Of a stretch of 64,000 nucleotides of DNA, positions 22,832 through 33,933 are shown piece by piece (positions within the stretch are counted from its first letter, which is position 1; every line of letters begins with the position of its first letter). The translations under genes were made by a program, and so were the position numbers. Origin of the DNA: Klebsormidium nitens (taxonomy: Eukaryota; Plantae; Klebsormidiophyceae); assembly GCA_000708835.1 (NCBI GenBank), contig DF237255.1, positions 1 to 64,000 of the forward strand. Reading direction: 5' to 3'. The notes beneath the pieces were generated by a model. It had not been told where the DNA came from. It made no database searches and saw only the letters and a program-made list of their open reading frames with translations.

Positions 22832-24710
22832 GGAGGATCTTTACACGTGTCCTCGTATGATTGAAAAGCCGTCCTGTGCCACAGCTCGTAATGTGCACAG
22901 TCGGCGTTGTTTGGGCTGTCTCAATTTGCCCGGTGGACGAGGGGGGAGAGATTTGCTCTGCTTGAGTGAAAGCAGATCGAACCAAGTCACGCATGCTTAC
23001 TGAGCACTCAGCGCACGTTCCCGACTGTGGTGACGGGGATTTGGCACTATGTTCAGCCCCTGTCCGCGAAAGATCAGCAAAATTCGAAGCCCTTTCTCTA
23101 TGCCATCTTAGATGCACCAACTTCATAGCATGTTGCCTTCTTATCATATTACGGTAGCCTATCGTGCAGTAAGCGTCCGTTTCGGTTTTGGGGGTGCACC
23201 AACAAATTGCCATGTGTGCCCGGACGGCCATGGATAGACTTGAATTTGCTACTACGCCGCCACGGCAGCCGCGGCCGGCTACTTGAAGCGACTACAACAT
23301 ACATGCTCCCCTTGCACATGAGTGCTAGGATTGAAAAGTCATGTATACGTTTGATGCCAGGTCATGCGCGGCTTAGGCTTCCGCGTGTGAAAACCGAGGC
23401 CGCCGAGCAATTCGGCAGCTCCGCGAAGACGTGCAGCTGTACAACAACTAGCATTCGGCGCGGCGCGTGCATCAGTACCCTCAGCAGTGCATATGCATTC
23501 ATGTCTTACAGCGCTTCATAATTATACGATGTGTTGCATAGCGTGACCAAATAATCGGTTTTGAAGATGCGTTGACCTGTTCAGCCCGGGCGGCCTATGG
23601 CTCAAATCACGTGATTCAACCAATACGTACATGATGATAGGTACGTGGCAGCTACAATCACCGGGTTGAGATATCAGCCTACGTCTGCGCTCTTGGAAGT
23701 GATTTGCGCGTGCAGAATTCGCTGCAGGATTGATCACGGCAGCTTTGCACGGTTTTGTTGCTGTGGCGGCAGGCCCGGCCAGGTTTTGACATCAGTGAAG
23801 AAGTTCAACTTAGTGCGGCCGCCCCCGCCCAAAAAAAAAAACCTTTGTGGAGTCGATATATCCTTGTTGAGAAACTTAAACGCATACGCACGGCTTTTGA
23901 GCCATCGTCCGACATGCTCGTGTGCGCGACTTACTAGTGATCGAACTGCATGGCCCTCTAGTGCATTGCACGTGTGGCTGCAGCTCACCCGAAGATTACA
24001 TGTGCAACCTACTCTTCAATTACACAATGCCCACAACACATGGTTTGGCTTTATAAACAATGTTGACTGTCCTCATTACTCGCACCACGTGTCCGACTCT
24101 CCTACAGTAGCCCACCACCTCTTAGAACCCGAGGACATTGGTACGCTTTACCGTACGCGGGACTTACTAAGCAAATGCTCGGTCAATTGCGCCTACGATG
24201 ACTGTCTTACACGATCTGGATACGGGCAAACTTCCTTCCAATGCAAGCAAACTGTCGGATTCTGACCCATTTGAATGTTATGCTACGGCTCTTATCCCTG
24301 CGGCGCTCCGATCTCGGCAAAACTACAATGGAGGACCGGGTACTTGACTGACGGGTCCAAGATTATCTGCGATACTCGCGCAACCCATGCGATTTACGCT
24401 CTGTTGAATTACTCTATACAGCTCAAATGTGCTGCCCACTTTTAAGTTGATGGAACTCTATAAGACTGGAAGTCGACGTCGGCCGCTCAAATACAGTGAC
24501 TCTGAATGCTGTAGATACATGCTCCGTGCGACAAGTGTCTCCCGCGTCGGCTTTGCAGAAGCGGCAGCCTCGTCGCAACCCAATGTGCTATCTCTCAATG
24601 ACACAAACAGTGATCTGCCTCCAATGCTCGTACATCAAATCTTGCCTCACCCCTAGGTACGAAACGATAATCAGCACACTGTACATGTGTCGCACCAGAC
24701 ACCGCCCATC

Positions 24711-24730
24711 TGACGTCAGCGATGACGTCA
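24711..24730. promoter_or_regulatory. ocs/as-1-like double TGACGTCA palindrome (12-bp spacing) overlapping the histidine kinase stop codon
   Basis: TGACGTCAGCGATGACGTCA is seen directly. A third TGACGTCA lies at 24757-24764. Function is not demonstrated. Confidence 0.3.
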
Positions 24731-27700
24731 TTTTCTCCGGCCCATGTGATCCACGATGACGTCAGCCAGCTTTGCCACCTGGAGCGGTTTCGTGAGGTAC
24801 AGATCCATTCCCGCCTCGAGGCACCGCGCCTCGTCCTCCGACATCGCGTGCGCGGTCAGCGCCAGGATCAGGAGCCGCGGCCGCGCTGGCGCTCCTTCGG
24901 GCGCGCGGGCGCGCTCTGCGGCGCGGATCAGGCGCGAGGCCGCGTAGCCGTCCATCACGGGCATCTGGGAGGAGCGGTAGGCGCGTGTCAGGGTGTGGGC
25001 TTTTCAAAGGCAGTGAGCGGAGCGCTTAATCAGGACACGGGCTCAGGTTACATAGGACGTGCTTAATTATGGAACCCGATAAGTATCCTGCCCGAATAAA
25101 TTGGCCGACGAAGCGGTGAGATCCAGAGTAGATTTGGAGGCGACCGAAACGAGCTGGCTGCCAGTCGCAAAAAGGCGGTCAAAAGTTTGTTCCACCTTAC
25201 CGGAATGGCCGGAGTTGGACCCAAAGCGCCCAAAGAGATGCCGGGGTGGCGTCTGCGCTAAAATCCATTTTCGGCAATCTTGGATCAAAACGAAATTCGA
25301 GTAACGTACCGGCGTCCGTGCCTATATGCGCAGATGCGAAGTTTGGAAAATCTGGTGCGCGTTTCGATTTGCCCCGTGTTTCGTTTATCAGGCCCAATGC
25401 GCAGAATATTCATGTGGGCCCAAATGGAGAACAGTCTAAAAGGCACGCATCACAATCGTTGATGGATGCGACTCCGCTTTCAAGCGTTGTCGTTCCCTGT
25501 ACTCTTTTGAAGCACGAAGGCGGTGATTCCGATTGCGGCTGGTGCATCTCAACGTCTTCGAAGGACGTAGAGATTTCGCCGAGGCGAGCGTTGCAAATGT
25601 GCCTCCAAAAAAAGAGACACACTTTGATCCAATTCAGATAAGAACAGATGACTTGTCGGCACACCCACCTGGCAATCCATCAACACGAAGTCAAACGGCT
25701 CCGCTTCCGCGCGTCCTTGGGCCGTTCCGTCCTCCACACTCCGTCCTTCTTCCGTCCGCCCCTCCCCAGATTCCGCCGGCATTCCGCCCAGGTTCGCCGC
25801 CAGAACGGCTTCCACCGCCTGCCGCCCATTCTCCACCGTCACCACGCGCGCGCCCATCTTTTCCAAAACCCTCTGTGCCAGCTGTCGCAAAACCGGGCTG
25901 TCCTCCGCAACGAGTGCCCGGTAACCCGCTCTTTTGAACTGCTCATTGATTGCTTCCTGAGTGCCCGGTGAATTAGCTACCGGGGCCAAAGCGCCCGGGG
26001 GAAGAGCTACCAGGGACGGTGGAGTGACCGATTGGTCTTCCGCGGCCTTTTCACACTCGGGGCACTCCGGGATGTGCGGGAGTGACGCCCGCTCGCCGTT
26101 TTCGATGGCGATTCCGTTCGGTTTCCGAGCGGACGACTGTGACCGGGGGGGATCCCCTGACTCCTCCTGCCGGGCGGCGCTGAGCTCGGTGAGCAGCGCG
26201 CGCAGCCGGGAGACAAACACCGGCTTCTGCAAAACCCTGCCAAAGCCTTCCTCGTGCAGGAGCCGGCGCGCGGCCGCGGGGACCTCGTTCCCGACCAGCC
26301 ACACGACATGGGGCCCAGCAAACTGCCCGGTTCTTCCGCTCCGGGTTGTTCCGCTCCCGGTTGATCCGCTCCCGGCCGTTCCGCTCCCAGGCCATCTGAG
26401 CCCAGGACTTGTTGCGGCCTTTCCTCCTTGTTCTGACTGTAGAACAGCTGTCATTTTTGACCGTTGATTGTTGCTTGATCCGTCCAAACTCTCCCGGACC
26501 GCTCTCAACCGCTGCCCGAAAGCGTCCGGATCGGTAGCCTCTACCGTCAGCAAACCGACGTCCAAAAACACCAGATCGAAACCCGGGGTCGTTCCGTTCC
26601 GGGATGCCGTCCGGTTCTCGTCCCCAGAAATGGACCCGCCGTCAACGAACCCGGGCGAAACCAGCAGTGGGTCTCCGTCTCCGTTCTCACGAACCACACG
26701 GGCGCGCGCGCGCGAAACGCGCTCCAGAGCCGCGCCCCAATCGGCCGCGCACACCACTTCCAAACCCTGGCCCCCGAGGAAGCGCGCCGCGACAGCGCGC
26801 CCCATCGCGCCGCCCATCGCGAGCAGCGCGCGGCGGCGCGCGCGCGGTGCCGAGGTTTCACCCAGCCCCGCGATCAGGTTGCTCGACGCGCGCACGAGCG
26901 CGTGAGGGTTGCCATTCGCGGCCGCGCCGGGGAACGTGCGCCGGCGGTCTTCAAGTTTCGTCGAACTCAGCGAGCGCGCGCGCGCGGTCTCGGAGTGCGC
27001 CTTCCGGATGGTCTTCAGCCGTTGCAGCCATGCAGGCTGTTCCGCTCTAGTTGGCGACAAAAGCCCCCCAGAAGACCGCGGCGCTTCTTGGTCTCCGGGG
27101 TCAGGCGGCGGTTTCACGTTCTCTAGGTTTGGCATAACCAGCTGTTTGATGATCGGAGGGATCCCCGGCGGCCGCGCGCGCGGAAAGTGTTCTGTTGCGG
27201 CGCCCGGCGAGTGCTCCCGGGAGGATTTTCGCATGGGCAGGCGCACCCGGAAGATTGTCCCAGGGCTGGGTTTAGGCTCGATGGTTACGGTCCCGCCCAT
27301 GAGGTGCACCAGCGACTTAACGATGGTTAGGCCTAACCCGGTTCCGCCGTACAACCGGGTGGTGCTCGGGTCGGCCTGCACGAACGCCTCGAAGACGGAC
27401 GCGGCGCGCTCGGGGGGGATGCCTGGGTGAGGCGTTTAAGCAGGGTTTAGTTGAAACAAGATGGATTCTTCAAGGTTGAGAGGTTTCTTTTTGTCTTCTC
27501 ATTTCAGACGCTCGGACCATGATTTCTGATCTTGAACCGTCCGATGCTGACCTTGTCGTCGATCGGACGGTGCAAGATCTATAATCATTCTCGAAGTGTT
27601 GGAACCCGATGGCAGGTTTGTGACGCAAACAGCTGTGGGATAAGTTGCAGGTAATTGAAAAACCGCTCTAAGTGGACTTTCATCCGTGCAAAAGGCTGGC

Positions 27701-30700
27701 CGTTGGTAGATATATAAACGGTCGGAAGAACGTTCGCAAAGGGCAACGCACATCGATACAGTCAACGCGCAGATGTATAGCACGATTTCTGGTCGGAGAA
27801 CAACATTCTTCAAATTGCTTCCTTCGACACCAAAGCTTTCAAAGCAGGGCTTACCGCAGCCGCTGTCTTCGACGTCGAAGACCAGCCAGCCCTTCTCGTC
27901 GGCCGTCCGGCACCTCAAGATGACGAATCCCTCCTGCAAGCAGAACCAGGGGGCGCCTCTCAGGCGCGCGCACACGAGACAAGCTCACACAGTGACTCGT
28001 CGGAAGGTGAGCTGAATTCATCCTTTTTACCGAACGCTTAAAGTTCGGGTAAATGCAGTACATGCTGTGGCAAGGTTCAGTTCAACAGCAGCTGATTGGC
28101 AGCCAGATTGGACTTGCCTCAACATAAAAACAGTTTCAGGTCAACGTTTCGTGAGAGGCTGGGAAAATGCGCGGGCCGCAGCGGCAAGAGAAGCAACGGA
28201 TCAAGAAAGAATGCATCAAGGACAGTGGCCGGGCTCGTGAGCCCGGCAGGACAAGAATGATGATAAGCGTTGGGTGCGCTTCTGAGTATTCGCGGGCCTG
28301 CGCGCGCGTGGGCGCCGTCGCCGCGCCTAAGTAATTAGATTGGGACACGTAAGGTCCTTCCACAATGTACGGCCTTCGATTGCACGCGCGCGCGCGCGAC
28401 GCGGACACGCGCGTTCGGCGACTGAGCGGATTGGAACAAAAAGGGGGAAAGGGTGGGTCACCTTGGTAAACTTGATGGCATTGTTGAGCAGATTGGTGAA
28501 GACCTGACGGAACCGGGAGGGATCCCCGTACAGCACAGGCCCAATGTCCTCTGTCAAAAGACAACAGAGGTGGGTTTGCATAGATTCATATGGTCCGAAG
28601 AACGGCGCATTGGAGCGATAGACAATTGCCCGAGCAGTCCCTGATAGCAGACCCAATGTTCTCTCCTTTAGAAATGCCTTACTGGTTTCGCATATGTTGC
28701 AGGTAGCCTGAAAAATGACACACAAAAATGAAAGATGCACGAATTGATTCCAGGTGGACAACTCTAGCCAGGGAGCGCGCAGTGAGCGCTTCCATAAAGT
28801 TAAAACGGGATGGTATAATACAGTGATCGAATTACACGAGACCCAAACTCCTATCCACGGCAAACCATGACGTAATCTGGCACTATGCGTACATCGAGCA
28901 AAAGGACAGATGGGTTGCAAACGATTCGGTTTCAAAAATAAGCGCCTATGGGCAGCAAATATGTCAGTCCACGATCGGTTCCTCACCCGGCGCGTCCAGA
29001 ACAAGTTCGATGCCCTTGCGCGCGCTGTGCACGCTCATCATCTCAATCAGGTTTTCCATCAAGCTGACGGCGTCGAACTCCATCGCCTCCAGCGACACCT
29101 TGCCCGCTTCGATCTGCACGGTTATCAAAAGCCGGTGCGAACTCGAGCGGCATCAAGAGAACTCTGAAAACTCATTCTCCGATCAGGAGCGTGTGTGTAT
29201 CATTTACTCCTAGGAGCCGCAAGCCCACTCGTTTTCCAGTGGCGAACAAGAGCCCGAAACAAGAGCACCTGCTTCGTTGCGCATCCAATTGGATACAACA
29301 CGGCTCGTCTCGATCGAGCCAAACATGTGCTCTTCTGACCACAAGATCAACCAAGGCAAAAGTACCGACTCGAGGACGCAGTTTGTCCCTTACCATGTCG
29401 TTCAGCCGGCGTAGAAACAGGAGGATCTAAGGCTTCGCGCCCTTTCCTCCCTCTCGTTTTCTGAATTATCTATGCAAAACAGCCACGTTTCGAAGCCAAA
29501 GAACGCCGTACCTTGGAGAAATCTAGAATGTCGTTGAGCAGTCCGAGTAGGCCCGCCGCGCACTCGCGCATTTGGAGCGCGCTGTTGTGCTGCGGGGGCG
29601 TCAGGCCGTCGTCCAGCAGCAGGTCCAGCAGCCCGAGAATGCTCGCGAGCGGGCTCCGAAGCTCGTGGCTGCCATGCGCGCGCGGTAAGAGGAAAGGGTT
29701 CAGAAACAGGATGGCATTTATCTTGGAAAGAAGGGCATCATATAATTGTGAAGCGCTAGCAACTGAGCATGTGAAGAAAAGGTCTGCGCCAAATTAAGCA
29801 GCCCAAGAATGCTCGCGAGCGAACTCCGAAGCTCGTGGCTGTAGTGCGCGCGCGGAAAAGGGAGGCTTTCAGAAACAGCTTGGCAGTCTCGTAGAGAAGA
29901 GGAAAAAGAAACGCTTCTGCAAAGTGCCAGAAAACTAAGCGGGTTGAGGACAGATTTGCGCAACAGGAGTGGCAGGGACTAAGACGGAAAGCGGCAGTGG
30001 CTTGCGGCGGGAATGCAAGCGTGCGCGTGAGGAGGGTGACCCTCGAGAAACTTTCAGAGGTGACAGTACAAAACGAAGCTTTGGAAATCTGAGGAATTAC
30101 GTCTTGCTGACCTCATGTTCGCAAGGAACCTGCTTTTGGTCTCATTCCGCTCTTCCGCCCGCTTCTTGGCCTCCAGCTGCCGGATCAGCTCGTGCTTCAG
30201 CCGGATCTCCTCGCTAACCGGTTTGGTTAGCAGAACCACCAAGAAACAGCCCACCACACCGATCCCAGCCGCGCTAACCGCGATCGTCATTATCGTAACC
30301 CGCGCCTTCGCGTCGATTCGGCTCATGATCGCCTTCCGGGGCAGCACCAAGACCACCGTCATGTTGAACCCCTCGAAGCTGACGTCACGCTTCGTCACGA
30401 AGGACCGCACGCCCAGGAGCGTGACGTCAGCGTCCATGTCGACGCCGACCCCCTCTTGCGCGCGCAGAAACTTGTCGGTTGCCCGGATCACCGGGTGACT
30501 AGACTGGGCGGGCAACAGCAGCTCGTTACCGGTGCTGCTCAAGTTCTGCCCGGTGTAACCAACCGAGGACGCGAGAAGAACCGTCCCGTTGGTGACGAAA
30601 ATGATCCCGCCCTCTAGTTCTAACTCCGCCAGGTACTCCCCGACCTTTTTCAGGGAGACGACGCACCCGGCGATGCCCCGGGAAACCTGGGGGGATCCCC

Positions 30701-33700
30701 CCGGCGAGAACCCGATCTGGTTCATCTGCATCACGTTCGGCGCGGGGTCTCCAACGCCCGGCAGAATCCCGATCACTTTCCCGGTCGGCGACTTCGTTCC
30801 GAGGACATAATACGCGGATTTCCGGCAGTCGACCTTCATGAAGTTCAACCGGAGGGGCACCCGGACCGTCGCCCGCGTTGTCCGGTCGACGGCGCGGCCG
30901 TACACCGGGGGGGAGACGTCAGCGGGGACGGTTTGGTTCGAGTAGAGGAGAGTGAGGATGGCGTCAGAAGGGGGGGGGAGCCCGGGGATCGCGAGCCGGT
31001 TGTACGCGTTGGAGGTGACGCCGTCGGGGGTGCAGAAGCCGGCCGCGGAGATGACGTCAGCGTAGTGGAGGAAGTAGTCGATCGTCTCGTCCGTTACCTG
31101 AGAATAACAAGAAGGGAAGACTTCCTTTAGATATTCCGAAGGATCTTGATCCAGCCGTTCATTTTGAGTGTCGAGAGCAAAGTTATCTGGATAAGATGAG
31201 AGACTGTCCGAATTAAGGTAGGAGAGTGTAGAAGGGGAAAGCTGTTGTCTTGTCAACACAGAAACACGAATGTTGTCTTGGCTGCTAGCTTTCTTGTCAC
31301 AGACTGTCGTTGCTTTCATCGTACATTAACCAGCGTTTTTGGAGAAGTCCCGAGAACGAAAAATGAAAGGTATAGCGGAACCGAACGGGAAAGAACGGAA
31401 CGCGCACTCACCGACAACAGTGCCGGACCCGTGAGCGGTTCGTTCAAGTCCCACGCGCATCGGACGGCATTGCTGACGGACAAAAGGGAAGAAAAAAGAA
31501 CAAATTGAACGCTTACCGACGGAGGTGCCGGCCCCGCCAGTGTTTGATGAAATTCCAGCTGCGGAAAGGGACGGAAGAGAAGAAGCGGACGGAAAAGGAA
31601 TGGAGCTCGCACTCACCGGCGGAGGCGCCGGCCCCGTGAGCGTTCCGTTGTAATCTCACGTGTGCCAGACGCTGTCGCTGAATGGACGGAACGGAATGCA
31701 CTGACCGATTGAGGTGCGGGCCCCACCAGCGTTTCGCTGAAGTTTCAAGAGAACGAAGAACGAAGAATGGACGGAACATCGGAACCGAACGGAAAAGAAA
31801 CAAAGCGCGCGCCCCGCAAGCGTTTCGTCGTAATACCACGTGTGCCAGAAGGTGTCGCTGAAACGGACGGAACGGAACGTGCACTTGAGAACGAAGAACG
31901 AAGAATGGACGGAACAGTGGAACCGAACGGAAAAGGGACGGAACGACCACTCACCGACGGAGGTGCCGGCCCCGTGAGCGTTTCGTTGAAGTCCCACGCG
32001 CGCCAGACAGCGTCGCTGAGCTGGCGGGAGCAGCGCGCCTGTTCGTTGAGCAGCGTCCGCAGCTGGTCCGCAGTGCGTCCGAGGAGGTCGCGCCGGAGGG
32101 ATCCCCCCAGAATGTCGATCGTCTCGACCGAGGCCGCCTTGGTGAAGAAGAAGGTGAGCAGGGTCGCGGCGCCGACAAACAGGGTCAGCATCAACTGGGC
32201 ACGGAAAAAGGTTCGAATTTAGAATCAGAACCACCTGAGGCATGGACTCTCTCCAAACCTATCTGTACGCGAGCAATCACTCCCTCCCCGAGTGAAAGCA
32301 CCGAAACATTGCTTGACTTGATAAGCTTTGGCAGCTCAAGTGGGTCATGTCGAAAAAGAATGTGAGCAGCGTTTCCGCCCCAACGAACGGGGTCAGCATC
32401 AACTGGTTATGGAGAGACCTTCAAGCCCAGAAAAGGTTTGGTAATATAGAAGAATGATGCGATTTTGTTGAGATTTGGCGGCGCCGAGTCAAATTTTATG
32501 GAGAGGAGGGTGAGCAAAGTCGCGGCCCATTGAACAGGGTCAGCAGTACCTGCGGAAGGTGGCATGCTATAAAGGGATTGTTGATGTGACGGGAGTTTTT
32601 CACCCCGTGTTCTCAGTGAGAAAGAAAGCTTGGCATGCTGCACCAACAAAAGAGCTGCCGCTCTGTCAGGAGAAAAGAAACATTGCCCTCCATCATCGCT
32701 GAGATGGGTTCTTTCGGCTGAAAGAGGACAAGAAAGACAGCATAAGATACCTGAAGATGGTTGAATAAATCCTTTTGGTAAGCCAGTTGAGATCGGAAAT
32801 AGATAGGTGTTAGGAGGGAGAAGAGAGAAGAGGGCTAAGTCTGATGATGACAGGACAAAGAGGACCAGGACGCTGGAGAACGACTTCTAACAATGATCCG
32901 TGTGTAGGTCACCTGCTTTGTGAAGATTGGGCCACCATGTGTAGAAAAGCCGAAGGGGGTCCAATACTTTCTCAATTCAAAGAACAATAAGCGCTGTGAA
33001 CGGTAAGCCCTCGGCCTAAGTGGAGACCTAAACCAAAGGTCGAAGTGCCTGGCACCTGCACCCACCCTAACCCCTTTTTAAAACCCAACCGGTACCTGCA
33101 ATGTCTTCTTGATATAGGCTGAGCTCATCGTTTATTGCATCGATGGGAGTGACGAGTCAGGAGATGCTGAGTTGTTGGGCGGGTGGAAGTTCCACTCCCT
33201 TCCAGCTCAAAGCTATGAAGGATTCAGCATTGTCCACTTTGAGTCAGTGTACGTGACATTGGAAGTGACAATCTGCCGCAAAGAAGTGCTCCACTAGAGT
33301 CCTGATGCCCAGTTGGAAATCGCAATGCGATATGCAGATCTGCCCTAACTTACAGACACAAGGTGTGAACAACGAGCAACTGATACACAATTGAGAATGA
33401 CAGGGTTACAATGAGTGGTAGACGGTTATTTCAGAGACCAGGAACCAAGGTCCTTGTAGCTTTTCACCCGACAAACTTGTCTCAAATGAGAGTAGACTGC
33501 TGAGAAAAGGTGCACAGCGCTTACGAAACAATGCGAAGTTGACCGGGCGTTTTGGTTCAGAGGGCAAAAACAGGGCCTCACAGGGCATGTCAATAGCCTT
33601 CTCTGTGAGGCGCTGGAACCAAGCTCACCATAGGGTCGATTTATCACGAGAATCGTGTTTGTCATTTCTCTGCACTAAGATCTGGCACTCCCAGAAACAA

Positions 33701-33933
33701 GTGACATAGAGAGCCTAGATTACTACAGCTGTCTGTCCGAGTCAGCATCACACGACTTCAGATGTGGGGTAAGCATGTCCTCTCTTACTCACCATTGTTG
33801 CCAGCCGCGAGAGGAGGACAGTGTAACTGCGGGCCTTTAGCTGCGCCTCCAAAGAGTCGCTCCTTCCTCTCTGTTCAGCTGCTCCAGAGGCCTGCTCTTC
33901 TGCATTTCCCGGATCATCCATTCTGAAGCTCAT
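24728..33933 (-). CDS. AHK1: AHK1-like transmembrane hybrid sensor histidine kinase (TM, extracellular Cache-like domain, TM, HisKA, HATPase_c, pseudo-receiver, receiver), about 1269 aa, 9 exons
   Basis: Exons: 33793-33933, 31955-32194, 30112-31097, 29512-29668, 28987-29113, 28462-28550, 27855-27933, 25669-27422, 24728-24964 (3810 nt, in phase). Motifs: H-box [22 protein letters not shown]-box [22 protein letters not shown]1 [12 protein letters not shown]2 [22 protein letters not shown], and receiver LVAEDS..FVLMDCQMPVMDG..ALTAHA..YLTKP. The N-terminus [26 protein letters not shown] resembles recalled AHK1 SYYSVFVVRLAIMVMLAILIG..LRYELL. Exact orthology needs a tree. Confidence 0.88.
29790..29860 (-). 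repeat. Acceptor-side copy of the HisKA (H-box) exon 5' end
   Basis: ctacag|CCACGAGCTTCGGAGTTCGCTCGCGAGCATTCT mirrors the real atggcag|CCACGAGCTTCGGAGCCCGCTCGCGAGCATTCT, whose exon starts at 29668. Confidence 0.88.
31320..31954 (-). repeat. Donor-side array of histidine kinase exon 2 3' end, with GAACG/GGAAC-rich spacers
   Basis: Copies of ...ACGGGGCCGGCACCTCCGTCG|gt have donors at about 31705, 31616, 31516 and 31411, plus partial copies. The spacers contain repeated gaacgaagaacgaagaatggacggaac. Confidence 0.9.
32370..32560 (-). repeat. Acceptor-side decayed copies of histidine kinase exon 2 5' end
   Basis: cag|TTGATGCTGACCC recurs near 32404, and cag|GTACTGCTGACCCTGTTCAATGGGCCGCGACTTTGCTCACC recurs near 32548. 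Confidence 0.75.

Noticed and set aside
23000-24700. Intergenic ORFs, including the 206-aa ORF at 23645-24265
   Set aside because: No recognisable motifs, no exon-like codon bias and no consistent splice chain.
25648-27430. Several overlapping plus-strand ORFs of 100-170 aa
   Set aside because: Antisense shadows of the GC-rich histidine kinase exon 8.
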